This document shows positions 48,156 through 58,726 of a stretch of DNA of 64,000 nucleotides, piece after piece. The stretch is taken from positions 128,001 to 192,000 of IMG/VR virus record IMGVR_UViG_3300029305_005547; one strand, given 5' to 3'. The number at the start of each line of letters is the position of its first letter. The first letter of the stretch is position 1. Source of the stretch: a virus. Lineage: Duplodnaviria > Caudoviricetes. The position numbers and the translations under genes are program-made. The notes under the pieces were generated by a model. The model was not told the origin of the DNA and made no database searches. It was given only the letters and a program-made list of their open reading frames with translations.

Positions 48156-49130
48156 ATGAGTAATATTCTTTTTGCTGAAAGCATGGAGATGGAATTCAAT
48201 CAGATCTATACCGAATTTACAAACGCAGTTGCTTATGCTAATGCTCGTCTGATTGAGGATGGAATAATTCCATCCTATATCAGAGAGGCAGGTGAACAAA
48301 AAGCATCTGGTGGTTTGTTTGGTTTTATTAAAAGGATCTTTGAAAGCATCTCTAGAATGCTTACTGAAGCAGGTAAGAAAATGAAAAGTTTTCTTTTCGG
48401 CGCTAAACTTGATGAGAGTAGAGCAAATGAAAAGATTAAATGTGAGAAAAATCCGGATGGAGTTATTAAAATTCTTAACGGTGAAGTTCCTAAATATAAG
48501 GATTTTTTACAGAAATGCTTACGTGGAGAAGTCTCTGTAGATGAAGCAAAAGCATTTTGTGAAGAAAAGAAGGGAGCTTTCGGTGCTATAGGAACTGTAG
48601 CGATATCAGCCGGAAGTTTATTTGGGATTTCCAAAATTGCTGATAAGAGTATGAGTAAATGGAAAGCAGATGCCGAAGAAGCATTTGAAGCATGCTCTGC
48701 AGAAATTAATCGCCTTAGTGAAAAGGCGGCTCGTACTGAAGGTGGAATGAATGATGAAACCATTAAACAGGCAACTCAAATTGTTTTAAACAGTATGAGT
48801 GAAATAACAGGTGGTGGAATCAATTCTATCAATAAATCTATTAGAGCTTTATATGTAGGTAATTACGTAAAAGCTCGTATGGAGAAAAATGTAGAAACTT
48901 TGACTACGACAAAAGGTCGTATTAAGTCTAAAATCGATTCTGCAAAGCGTACTGTAGATACAGCGGTTGAAGACATTAAACTCTCTCAACTTGATACCAA
49001 TATCAAGAAAGGAGTTAAATCTCAGGATAAAATCGCAGAACGTGATAAAAAGAATCGTAATAAACTTAATAAAAAGAAAAATAAAGTATATGTCAATTCC
49101 GATCGTTATGTTGATCCGGATGTTCATTAA
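48156..49130 (+). CDS. Putative internal head protein (paralogous family)
   Basis: Acidic leader, REA, then amphipathic 'FGFIKRIFESI'. Confidence 0.6.
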   Translation: MSNILFAESMEMEFNQIYTEFTNAVAYANARLIEDGIIPSYIREAGEQKASGGLFGFIKRIFESISRMLTEAGKKMKSFLFGAKLDESRANEKIKCEKNPDGVIKILNGEVPKYKDFLQKCLRGEVSVDEAKAFCEEKKGAFGAIGTVAISAGSLFGISKIADKSMSKWKADAEEAFEACSAEINRLSEKAARTEGGMNDETIKQATQIVLNSMSEITGGGINSINKSIRALYVGNYVKARMEKNVETLTTTKGRIKSKIDSAKRTVDTAVEDIKLSQLDTNIKKGVKSQDKIAERDKKNRNKLNKKKNKVYVNSDRYVDPDVH

Positions 49131-49158
49131 TAATAATTCAATAAGGAGGACATGAAAC

Positions 49159-50058
49159 ATGTTCAATGTATTCGCTATGGACGAATTTGATCGTGAGATG
49201 ACGATCGCTGAAAAAGCATTTGATATTGCTATGGCTGAAGCAGCATATCTGGAATCTATGATTGATGCTAAGCTTAAGATTAATATGGCTAAGAGTGAGC
49301 TTAAGGTTATGACTGAAAGCACTACTGAAAGTGCTCAGGGTGACCTTGTATATCTCTTCAATGAAGCAGGTAAAGAAGCAGAAGCAAATAAGGAAGGTGT
49401 ATTCACTAAGGTTAAGAATGCAGTTATTTCTTTCTTTGTATCTGTATGGAACAGCATTCAGAAGTTGTTTACCAAGGAAGATACGGAAGCCTACAAGAAG
49501 CTTCAGGCTAGTAAGGAAAAGATTAAACTTCCTATGAATGTTAAGTTCCTTGCTGATAAGGGTGAAGCAATCGCCAATGCATTAGATACACAGGAACCTT
49601 CTGAAGGAAAGTTTGGTAAAGTTGCTAAGATTATCGGTGCTACGGTAGCTGTAGGTGGTGGTGTTGCTGGTGCAACTGCACTTATTAAACATATGGGTGA
49701 AGCTACTACTCAGGAAACTGAAATCACTAAGGGTGAAGCTGTCGGAATTCTTGAGAAACTTAAAAATATGCTTCCTAAGTTCCAGAAATCTGTACAGGGT
49801 GTAAATGATACCCCTAATGATGAAGGTGGTGCAACCGGTGTTCTTAATATCTTTAAGAAGATTGGTGAGTGGATTGGTAAGGCAGTTAAAGCTATTAAAT
49901 CTAAACTTACAGGAAATGATGTTACAGATACTGATGAGAAAAACTCTAATGAACCGGTAAAACCTGCTCGTATTCAGGCACACGATGCAACTGACGATGA
50001 AATGACTCAGGTTGAATCTGGTGATTCATCTGTAATTGGTGAACCTGTTACTGAATAA
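49159..50058 (+). CDS. Putative internal head protein (paralogous family)
   Basis: Acidic leader, NEA, then 'FTKVKNAVISFF'. Confidence 0.6.
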   Translation: MFNVFAMDEFDREMTIAEKAFDIAMAEAAYLESMIDAKLKINMAKSELKVMTESTTESAQGDLVYLFNEAGKEAEANKEGVFTKVKNAVISFFVSVWNSIQKLFTKEDTEAYKKLQASKEKIKLPMNVKFLADKGEAIANALDTQEPSEGKFGKVAKIIGATVAVGGGVAGATALIKHMGEATTQETEITKGEAVGILEKLKNMLPKFQKSVQGVNDTPNDEGGATGVLNIFKKIGEWIGKAVKAIKSKLTGNDVTDTDEKNSNEPVKPARIQAHDATDDEMTQVESGDSSVIGEPVTE

Positions 50059-50083
50059 TCCCTTTGAAAGAAAGGTAAAAAAT

Positions 50084-50902
50084 ATGGACGCAATTTTTCA
50101 GAATTCTATGGATTTTATGGTTAAACCATTAAGTTGGTTTGATTCATATATGGAAAGAGCGTCTCTTCAATTAAAAGTAGAACTTGAGGAGTATGTGGAG
50201 TCCACTTTAAACACCTCAAGTTCTATTTTTATTACTGAAGCAAGTGACTCTTTCTTAACAAAGCTTAAAGCTGCTATTGATTTAATCATAAAAAGATTGA
50301 AAGAATTTATTCACGATACAAAGATGAACTTTCAGAAATTCAGAAAAGAAAAAGCTGCTGAAGGACGACTTGAAAGATTACTTTCAGCAATAAATAAAGA
50401 TTCCAAACTTAAAGAATTAAAAGTTAAGTTTAAAGATTATACTCCTAAAGCACGATTTATTAAACGTGAAAAAGAAGCGTTTAAACGTTTAATTCGAAAG
50501 AAAGGAACTACTAAGGAAGAGCTTAAGATTGCATTTGATAGATATAAAAATGAACTTTCAGATTTTGAAAAAGCTGGAATCACTATATCATCTATTTTAG
50601 CTATTAAGTTTCTTTCAACCGAATTTTTAGATGGGATGTATGAAGTTATTAATTCTACGGACAAATCGGCAAATGATACAGTTGAGGATCTTGAAAATAT
50701 TGATTTTTCTAATACCGTTTTTGAATCTGCAACTGAAAAAACTGAAGTTACTGATATCACAGATGTAATGACAGTTTACGCTAGAATGCTTTCTGAAATG
50801 GCTACAGATGAAATCAAAGTTCAACGAGAAATTATGATTGAGATTGATGCTGTAATTCGTGAAATTGATAACGAAGTAAAGAAATCATTCAGAGGTGAGT
50901 AA
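50084..50902 (+). CDS. Putative internal head protein (paralogous family)
   Basis: TEA then 'FLTKLKAAIDLI'; start at ATG 50084 after an AAAGG RBS. Confidence 0.6.
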   Translation: MDAIFQNSMDFMVKPLSWFDSYMERASLQLKVELEEYVESTLNTSSSIFITEASDSFLTKLKAAIDLIIKRLKEFIHDTKMNFQKFRKEKAAEGRLERLLSAINKDSKLKELKVKFKDYTPKARFIKREKEAFKRLIRKKGTTKEELKIAFDRYKNELSDFEKAGITISSILAIKFLSTEFLDGMYEVINSTDKSANDTVEDLENIDFSNTVFESATEKTEVTDITDVMTVYARMLSEMATDEIKVQREIMIEIDAVIREIDNEVKKSFRGE

Positions 50903-51857
50903 AATGAATGTATTAGTTAATGAATACTTCGAATCCACACAAAATGATCTTGATGTTATTTATGATCAATTAAAGTTATGGACTAGACTTGATACGATTT
51001 ATTGCTTAGAAGCAACCGATGGAAAAAAAGAAGGTGTTATAACTAAGATTGTAAATTTCATTAAGAAAATTATCAATGAGGCAAGAGCGCTTATTAAAAA
51101 GGGAATTGATTCTTTATCAAACCACGTTCGTTATGGTTTGCTTTCTAAGAAACAGAAAGAGAAATTTAGACAATTCCAAGAATTTGTAAAAACAAATCCT
51201 AAAGTTAAAAATAAAAAAGTTACAGTTAAAGACTGGCAACGAATTATGCGTGAATATGACAAGATCGAAAAGAACATCGTTAAATACATGAACGATGACA
51301 CTGTAGATGCTAGAGGATTAAATATGAAAGCAAATGAAATGTTTACGAATTTAGCATCTTTAGCAAATTCAGCAACTGCTGCTGTTACAGTGGATCTTTG
51401 TTTATCATTAGCGAGAAAATCTCCTGAAATGGCACAAATGGTTCAAGCAGGTCTTAGTAAATGCAGTAGTGTTATTGCTAATATCGAAGATGAACTCGGT
51501 GAAGCAGAAGCCAAAAAGCTTCAAGATAAATTAACTAAGTTAACTAAAGAAAGTACTGCACAAAAGATTTTATCTGTTTTTTATCATAAAAAAGAAAAAG
51601 ATATTATCACTTGTATTACTGAAGTTACTGGAACATTTGAGAAGCTTATGAGTGGAGAAGCTGGAGTGATTGATAAGGTATCCGCTGCTGTAGAACACAG
51701 AGATTTTGTAAGAGCTGGTGCTAAAGCGTATGTTAGAAACTCTGCTACTAGAAAAGGGGTTAAACAAGTAGCCAACACAGTAAAAGGAATTAAGAGTGAT
51801 TCGACTGTTCAGTCAGCAATGAGTAGTGCGAAGGAATTCTTCAAACCTAAGGTATAA
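50895..51857 (+). CDS. Putative internal head protein (paralogous family)
   Basis: LEA then 'ITKIVNFIKKI'. Confidence 0.6.
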   Translation: MSKMNVLVNEYFESTQNDLDVIYDQLKLWTRLDTIYCLEATDGKKEGVITKIVNFIKKIINEARALIKKGIDSLSNHVRYGLLSKKQKEKFRQFQEFVKTNPKVKNKKVTVKDWQRIMREYDKIEKNIVKYMNDDTVDARGLNMKANEMFTNLASLANSATAAVTVDLCLSLARKSPEMAQMVQAGLSKCSSVIANIEDELGEAEAKKLQDKLTKLTKESTAQKILSVFYHKKEKDIITCITEVTGTFEKLMSGEAGVIDKVSAAVEHRDFVRAGAKAYVRNSATRKGVKQVANTVKGIKSDSTVQSAMSSAKEFFKPKV

Positions 51858-51954
51858 GAAGTGTTGGTTTTATCGAGACTTAAAAAGTAGTAGGGAACAT
51901 TTTTCTAAGAAATCATGAATAATAGGAAATATGAAAGGTAGGTAGAGATAGGAC

Positions 51955-53058
51955 ATGATTAAATCATCATATATCCATGAATATGCTCCACATGATCAAT
52001 TCATGTGTGAATCCTATTATCTTCTGCTCGAATCAAAAGATACCTTGAATGATCTTATTAAGTTAGAAAACATCATTGCTGAAAAAGAATATTTCGGTGA
52101 GAGTGTAGATAACGAGATCTTGGTATTGGAAGCAGAAAAGAAGAATATTTTTACAAGAATTGGAGAAACAATCATCAATATCTTCAATTCATTTATTGAC
52201 TTACTTAAAGATACCGGAAATGCAATTAAAGATGCATTGACTGGTGCTAGAAAGAAGTCTACGGATGAAAAATTTGCAAACGCTATGAGAAATGATCCGA
52301 AGTTAGCTGAGGACTTTTTGAAGGGCGTTATGAGTGGTAATATTAAGGCTCATGATGTTAAAGATATGAATAAGCTTTTAGATGAAGCTACTAAGATCAC
52401 TAATGATCTTATGAAAGGTACTATTGACAAAAAAACTTTCGGTGAAAAGATTGAAGGTGCTCTTGAAAAATTTGCAAGTGTTGCTAAGAATATAGCAGCA
52501 ATTGTAGGTGTAGTTAGTGCTGTAGGTGGCGCTGTTGCAGCTGTTGACAATTTACGTGATAGAAATAATTCTATAAATGATAGAAATACAAAAAGAGCAC
52601 GTGAAAATCGTAAATGGGACGATTATATTTCAGACAGAAATGACAGAACAACTGACAGAAATCAAGCTACAGAAGATCGTGAACGACGTATACGACGTGA
52701 AGATGAACAGGATACAAGAGCACGTGAAAAGCACGAATGGGATAGAGCAAAAAATGAATCTTTCCTTGATGAAGTTTCTGGTGATTATGTTACGGAATCA
52801 GTTTCTTTCAGTGATATATTCAAAAAAATTTCATCTTTCTTCTCTGCACAGATTGAGTTCTGTACCGGTGCTATCAAAAAGCTTTCAGATTTAAAGGATG
52901 ACCTTTTAAATAAAGCTAAAGGAGCAAAAGATTCCGAAGAGGGAGAAGTTGTTAATACTGCTTTATCTGGTATCCGAAAAGTCATGGGCGCTATTTCAAA
53001 AGAATTAAACACCATTAAGAATACAGCTAAAAAAGTTGAATCCGAATGTGGTGTTTAA
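51955..53058 (+). CDS. Putative internal head protein (paralogous family)
   Basis: LEA then 'FTRIGETIINIF'; late promoter at 51896. Confidence 0.6.
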   Translation: MIKSSYIHEYAPHDQFMCESYYLLLESKDTLNDLIKLENIIAEKEYFGESVDNEILVLEAEKKNIFTRIGETIINIFNSFIDLLKDTGNAIKDALTGARKKSTDEKFANAMRNDPKLAEDFLKGVMSGNIKAHDVKDMNKLLDEATKITNDLMKGTIDKKTFGEKIEGALEKFASVAKNIAAIVGVVSAVGGAVAAVDNLRDRNNSINDRNTKRARENRKWDDYISDRNDRTTDRNQATEDRERRIRREDEQDTRAREKHEWDRAKNESFLDEVSGDYVTESVSFSDIFKKISSFFSAQIEFCTGAIKKLSDLKDDLLNKAKGAKDSEEGEVVNTALSGIRKVMGAISKELNTIKNTAKKVESECGV

Positions 53059-53079
53059 ACCATAAGCAAATCTAAAAGA

Positions 53080-55791
53080 TTGGAGAATAATATTATGTTT
53101 GAATCTATTCTTTCAGTACAGCATGGTTTGATTATGGAATCTTCTGATAATGTAACTAACTATGATGTACAATGTGCAAAATTACTTGTTGAAAATGCTA
53201 TGGGTAATCCTGATGCTTCTAAAGTATTAGTTCCGGTAATCAACAACGTAAGTGATAAATATATCAAAAAGATTGATGATGCATTTGCAGTATTATCTGA
53301 TATTGCAGTTGACGCTGACCAAATGGCTGAATTCTTTACAAAGATTCAGCATACTGAAGAGTTGGATGAAATTCCTCTTTCTACACCTCTTAAGAATGTG
53401 AATGAAATTGGAAGATTGAAACCTGAGTATTTAACTCAGATTGCAAAATCTGCGGCATCTGAAATTAATAATATCGTAAACAGTAAAGTTTCGATGAGAG
53501 ATTTGATGACAACATTTACTCCTGATATGACTTCTAAGATCAAGAGACAGCTTGTCGTTTCAACAAAGCCTGTAACTGATATTAAAGGATATATTAAGTC
53601 TCAGGAAAGACCTAATATCGTCCCTATGGATTCTCAGGCTATTATGACTTTATGTATTCCATTCCTTCGTTCTTTCCCTGTAAAGAAGAGAGAACTTCAG
53701 GAAGAGATTGCTGCTGTTAAAGTTGCAATTAATACTTCAGTCGGTTTAATGAGATCATATACGGATACTGCTGTAGCTCTTAAAGATAAAGGGCAGATTA
53801 GTGGTGAAGTTGTTAATACGTTAAACTATTATCTGTTTAATCAGAACAGACTTATGGATGAACTCATCACCTATTTGGTATTTACTCTTATTACTAAGAT
53901 TGATACCTACACATTTAACGTAAATTCCTATATGGAGTTATACAGAAAAGTTCTTAAGTACAATCCGGAGGGAAGTAATGTATATCATGAATCAGTTTTT
54001 GAGTATTCATTAGCAGCAGCTGATATTGATACTACAGTAAACCATATCATTCATGGTGACGCGAGTTCCTTAATTGATTGGTCTAGAAGAACTTATGATA
54101 AAGCTAAAAGTACATATGAAAACAGTAGATCTGCTAAACAGACCTCTATTGATTTCATTATGGATCAGTACAATGACGACAATTATCCTTATGGAGACCT
54201 TTTCGATACTCTTGATAAGATTGAATCCGGTCTTGAAAGAATCGTTGTTGCAGTAAAAGATCAATATGCATCTCCTGAAGCAATTATGAATGCTGCAGGT
54301 ATTGGTGAATCTTTAACAGCTCGCTTCTCTATGATGATTTCAGAAATCAATAATATCTCTAGATATTTTGATGCTTTAAATGCAGGAAAATCAAAGACAG
54401 ATGTATTGTTTTCTATTCTTGCTGAAATGAGAGCTTCTGAAAAAAATATGATTGAATTGGGTGAAGAGATTAAAGATGTATATGACGAGATCGAGGAAAC
54501 TATTAAGTATCTTGAAAATAACATGGATAATGTAATCCCTAACGAATTAGTTCGTATGGAAATGATTAAACTTGTCAATGATTTCGAGAAAGATTACAGA
54601 AACTTCCTCGGTGTTGTTATTCAAAATATCATTCAGAGAGGAAAATCTCTGGAAGATGAGGTTTTGGTTTTGGTTGAAAACATGGATGAAGTTATCGATG
54701 TAACGGATAACGTTCCTTCAGGATCAAGTTACAATATTCTTGCAGTTGAGGCTTGTATTGAAATGGATGAAGTTTTCTCTCGTTTATTTATTGAAGGAGA
54801 GATGATTAAATTCCGCAATGCTAAGTTTGCTAAAGAATATGGACTTGTTTTGGAGGCAGAAGAACCTGCTAAACCTAATCAAACCACAGATCCTAATAAA
54901 AAGGAAGGAGCATCTCCTGAACTTACTGAAGATACTTCTAAGCAATCCGACGCTGACAAACAGCAGAATGCTGAAGCTGCACAGGAGGCTAAAAATGAAG
55001 ATAAGAAAGAAGATCCTGAAAAGAAAAAGAAACTTTCTGAAAGGATTAAAGAACTCATTGATAAAATTAATGGGTATTTTAACAAGATTCTTCCTGACTT
55101 CATTAAGGGTATTACTGCGCAGTTACAGAATAATACGGATTTCCTTAAGAACTATAAGGATCCTATTTTAAATCGCAGTTATAACGGTTTAACTTTGAAT
55201 ATTTACAATTACTTCAATTTGAAGTCACAGACAATTCTTGATGATATTGGCAAGGTTTCTGCATTTGTTTCCCAGATTAGTATTAAGGATCTGGCAGAAT
55301 ATGCTAAACCTGAAGTTATTCAGGAAAAGATGTTTGGTTTCCTTAAAGTTCCTTCTGACATGACTCTTGATGATTACATTCGCCTGTACTACAAGGTAGG
55401 TGCAAATCAAAAAGAGGTTAAGAAGATTGCAATCAGTAATTCCGAACTTAAAGTAAAAACCATTGAAATGATAGACTTCTGTGAAGATTATTATTTAAAT
55501 AACGGATATAAGAACGTTGAAAATGACATATCGTCATTAAAGAATTCTGTTACAAGTAAGATTAATTCTCTTAAGAACGAAGAACTTACTGATGAACAGT
55601 CTAAAGCTTTACAAGCAATTTCAAGAGAAGTTCTTGTATTCACAGGTGCAGTTCTTACTGCATTCAGAAATCGTGCTCAGCATTATATGTTTGCTATTAG
55701 AGCACTGCTTCCTAAGAACGTTAAGCCTGTAGAGGACGAAACTCCTAAGGAAGAAGGAACAGGTGAAAATCCTGAACCTGCAACAACATAA
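53080..55791 (+). CDS. Large putative virion protein
   Basis: 903-aa ORF; several ES/LEA junctions; followed by a bidirectional terminator at ~55797-55825. Confidence 0.65.
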   Translation: MENNIMFESILSVQHGLIMESSDNVTNYDVQCAKLLVENAMGNPDASKVLVPVINNVSDKYIKKIDDAFAVLSDIAVDADQMAEFFTKIQHTEELDEIPLSTPLKNVNEIGRLKPEYLTQIAKSAASEINNIVNSKVSMRDLMTTFTPDMTSKIKRQLVVSTKPVTDIKGYIKSQERPNIVPMDSQAIMTLCIPFLRSFPVKKRELQEEIAAVKVAINTSVGLMRSYTDTAVALKDKGQISGEVVNTLNYYLFNQNRLMDELITYLVFTLITKIDTYTFNVNSYMELYRKVLKYNPEGSNVYHESVFEYSLAAADIDTTVNHIIHGDASSLIDWSRRTYDKAKSTYENSRSAKQTSIDFIMDQYNDDNYPYGDLFDTLDKIESGLERIVVAVKDQYASPEAIMNAAGIGESLTARFSMMISEINNISRYFDALNAGKSKTDVLFSILAEMRASEKNMIELGEEIKDVYDEIEETIKYLENNMDNVIPNELVRMEMIKLVNDFEKDYRNFLGVVIQNIIQRGKSLEDEVLVLVENMDEVIDVTDNVPSGSSYNILAVEACIEMDEVFSRLFIEGEMIKFRNAKFAKEYGLVLEAEEPAKPNQTTDPNKKEGASPELTEDTSKQSDADKQQNAEAAQEAKNEDKKEDPEKKKKLSERIKELIDKINGYFNKILPDFIKGITAQLQNNTDFLKNYKDPILNRSYNGLTLNIYNYFNLKSQTILDDIGKVSAFVSQISIKDLAEYAKPEVIQEKMFGFLKVPSDMTLDDYIRLYYKVGANQKEVKKIAISNSELKVKTIEMIDFCEDYYLNNGYKNVENDISSLKNSVTSKINSLKNEELTDEQSKALQAISREVLVFTGAVLTAFRNRAQHYMFAIRALLPKNVKPVEDETPKEEGTGENPEPATT

Positions 55792-55830
55792 AAGAAATCC
55801 CTAGTGACTAATTGTCACTAGGGATAATTT

Positions 55831-56274
55831 TTAAACGATGATATCAACTTCACCGTTTTCATCAAATATGAATTTCGGTCCATAATACTCTTCTAACACA
55901 TCTAAAAGCATTTCCGGTGTGTATCCAGTTACTCTCTCATTAAGTAAGGTGTAAACAATATTCAGACGATGTTTTAGCATTTTTTGTCTACGTCTAATCG
56001 TTGTTTCGGATACATTAAAAATTTCCGCAACGTCTTTCACTGAATATTCTTCTTTACTTAAATACCTTGAAGCTAATATATCTTTACTAACAGTCATTAC
56101 ACCTGTAAACTGGGATTCAATATCCTCCATAGCAAGACGTACTTCAGTAGTTATATAAGTAATTTTAGCAGGTGGGTTCGGTTGTTCGTTCTTACCAACC
56201 AATTCTAGCACCATGCAACGTAACCAATGCAAAAAAGAAAAAAGTTTATTAATCAATCGTTTCATTATTAACAC
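55831..56274 (-). CDS. HTH DNA-binding protein
   Basis: SVKDVAEIFNVSETTIRR. Confidence 0.7.
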   Translation of the reverse strand: MLIMKRLINKLFSFLHWLRCMVLELVGKNEQPNPPAKITYITTEVRLAMEDIESQFTGVMTVSKDILASRYLSKEEYSVKDVAEIFNVSETTIRRRQKMLKHRLNIVYTLLNERVTGYTPEMLLDVLEEYYGPKFIFDENGEVDIIV

Positions 56275-56343
56275 TTCCTTTCATAAAAAAGAACACCATG
56301 AAATTCTATTTGATTTATCATGGTGTTCTTCAAAAATCAGACA

Positions 56344-57054
56344 TTATTTAGTCTCTGTTTCGGTTTTATTCTTATGCTTGTTATAAAGATCTAGCATATG
56401 ATTAATAACTGTTCCCATTGCACTCTCAGTTAATGCACATCCTGTTATTGTTTCAAGATATTCATCACAAAGATACATAATATTGGATGTCTTTATAAGT
56501 TCAGAAACCTTTAAATCTGCAGTAAGATCATCACATATAGATACTATAGATGAAACCATATGAGGAATAAATCCTTCTTCAATATATTTCTGATGAGCTA
56601 TAAATGTCTTCTTACTCATACCGAAAGTTTTAGCAAGTTCAAATGCAGCTTTTTCACCACTTGTTGCATTGATTGAAAATAGAATCATATCTTGCCTTAT
56701 GGAATATTTAGAATCTTTTCTTTTCTCAACAATGATGAAATGTGCTCTCATAACTCTGTTAAAAGCGTTTGTACTTATGATATCGAACTTGTTGTTCTCT
56801 TTAACTGACGGAGTTATTTCACCGATCGCATGTTTACATCCGCCCTTCTTTGTACATAACCGCATATCACTGTACCGGTCATTCTCTTTTTTCAGGGTTT
56901 TAATCTTCTTATCTTTATTCTTAAATCTATCATAAATGATATCAAGAAGATCATCGCTGATTTTATCAACCAACGAATCACTGTCGTGTTTTAGATTATT
57001 GAATCTTTTCTTACCCAAAATATATTCAAGTTTCTCTTTCTTTGTTTCACTCAT
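56344..57054 (-). CDS. Hypothetical protein
   Basis: AAGGA RBS. Confidence 0.7.
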   Translation of the reverse strand: MSETKKEKLEYILGKKRFNNLKHDSDSLVDKISDDLLDIIYDRFKNKDKKIKTLKKENDRYSDMRLCTKKGGCKHAIGEITPSVKENNKFDIISTNAFNRVMRAHFIIVEKRKDSKYSIRQDMILFSINATSGEKAAFELAKTFGMSKKTFIAHQKYIEEGFIPHMVSSIVSICDDLTADLKVSELIKTSNIMYLCDEYLETITGCALTESAMGTVINHMLDLYNKHKNKTETETK

Positions 57055-57071
57055 GGTATTTTCCTTCTTTC

Positions 57072-57662
57072 TTATTTTGATTTCAAATGATCAATATGAT
57101 ATTTCAAGTTCTTAAGATCACCTATTATTTCATAGTATCGTTCTCTAAGATCTTCATGATCAGAATTATTATCAAACACGTAATCATCGATGGTTTTAAT
57201 ATCGCTGATAATAGCATTAAAATGCTGCTTATAAAACTGATCCTTAAAATACTCTTCAAGAGTAGGTAACTGAGAAGCATCTGTATAAAGTTTCCTCTCA
57301 TTATAACTCTGAATTAAATCTGTTAAAATAACAGGTGTTGGAACAGAATCAAAATGATCTGTGCTCTTACAAATACACTCTTCACACCCGAAATCATGAT
57401 AGAGTTCTCCTGTTATTCTAATTCGAGCAAGAATCTTTTCAGATTTATATATGAGATAAAAATACTTACTACCATCAATAATATCATAGATATATTCATC
57501 TTCAACATAATTTATTTTGCGGCATTTACTGAACTTTTCAGGGTCATGATTTACAATTATTGATAAAGCAAGATCTCTTTCGATCATACCCTGTTCGAAC
57601 GAGGATTTAATTGATTTTAAAAGTTGTTCAGCTTCATCGAAGAATGCAGTTCCGGTATTCAT
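57072..57662 (-). CDS. Hypothetical protein
   Basis: GAGGTG RBS. Confidence 0.7.
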   Translation of the reverse strand: MNTGTAFFDEAEQLLKSIKSSFEQGMIERDLALSIIVNHDPEKFSKCRKINYVEDEYIYDIIDGSKYFYLIYKSEKILARIRITGELYHDFGCEECICKSTDHFDSVPTPVILTDLIQSYNERKLYTDASQLPTLEEYFKDQFYKQHFNAIISDIKTIDDYVFDNNSDHEDLRERYYEIIGDLKNLKYHIDHLKSK

Positions 57663-57671
57663 TTAATCACC

Positions 57672-58667
57672 TCATTTCTTTGCAATTTCAAATATTTTAT
57701 TAATTACATATTCAATGTCTTCATCAGTTTCGACTTCATCCCTACAAATAGAAATCAAAAGAGACTTTATTGTATCATGAACTAATCTTTCCGGATTATA
57801 ATCTATAGCAAGAGACGTCTTAGTTTTTGCATATTCAGAGTTAGGACTATTCGTATAATGATAAGTACCTAAACATAAAATCTCTAGAGGTAATATCGAA
57901 CAAGCAGATTTCATCGAATACGTTAAATTAGGAGTAATTTTAACAAGCGGTGATTTGAGAATAGACTTCTCATATTTACAATAAGCAACCATGTCATACA
58001 AAAATTCATCAAGTCTATAATCCATGTCCTTTGATAACACCGCATGATCATTAGCAAATACTGATGATAACGTAAGCGCATCCTGAATAGGATTTCTTAA
58101 TAATTCATCGCATACCATATTTTGGACCTTATTGATAATTTTAGCATCTAATCCTAGTGATATGAAAGAAGATGCTATCGAAGGGTGGTGATCCTCTTTA
58201 AGGTCAGGATCTACAATTATATGCGTAAATAAATTACGCATTAAATACGGATTTATATTGTACGGTGACAACTTTGTGAAACAAAATAAAACTTGATTAT
58301 TTAAAATATTAGGATAAATCCAATGCTCTACCGTAGTGCTTAAAAACTCAGTAAAAGTGTCAAAGAATTCAACTGCAACAGTTTCTTCATCGACGCGTCT
58401 ATAGTTTACATTAAATATCGTATCAACGACAAATGCTTCATCATTTGCTTTCCCCTCATGTAAAACTGTAAATAACTTATTAGGAAACTCCTTTTGATAT
58501 GAACTAATAAAAGTACCAACGAATGAATCATTAGCTAAATTTTCAGATAAACATACAAGTATTCTAGCAGGTTTACCTTCTAACTCATCCAAAAAGTTTT
58601 TCCCATCAGTGCTAATAACATGAGTCTTTTTGGTTACCAACCATTTAAATAAATTTAAAGTATTCAT
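57672..58667 (-). CDS. Hypothetical protein
   Basis: AAAGGA RBS before ATG 58667; the listed upstream extension overlaps a terminator. Confidence 0.7.
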   Translation of the reverse strand: MNTLNLFKWLVTKKTHVISTDGKNFLDELEGKPARILVCLSENLANDSFVGTFISSYQKEFPNKLFTVLHEGKANDEAFVVDTIFNVNYRRVDEETVAVEFFDTFTEFLSTTVEHWIYPNILNNQVLFCFTKLSPYNINPYLMRNLFTHIIVDPDLKEDHHPSIASSFISLGLDAKIINKVQNMVCDELLRNPIQDALTLSSVFANDHAVLSKDMDYRLDEFLYDMVAYCKYEKSILKSPLVKITPNLTYSMKSACSILPLEILCLGTYHYTNSPNSEYAKTKTSLAIDYNPERLVHDTIKSLLISICRDEVETDEDIEYVINKIFEIAKK

Positions 58668-58726
58668 GGTATTTTCCTTTCTTAAAAAAGAACCCCTAGT
58701 ACCAAAAGGCACTAGGGGAAATTTTA

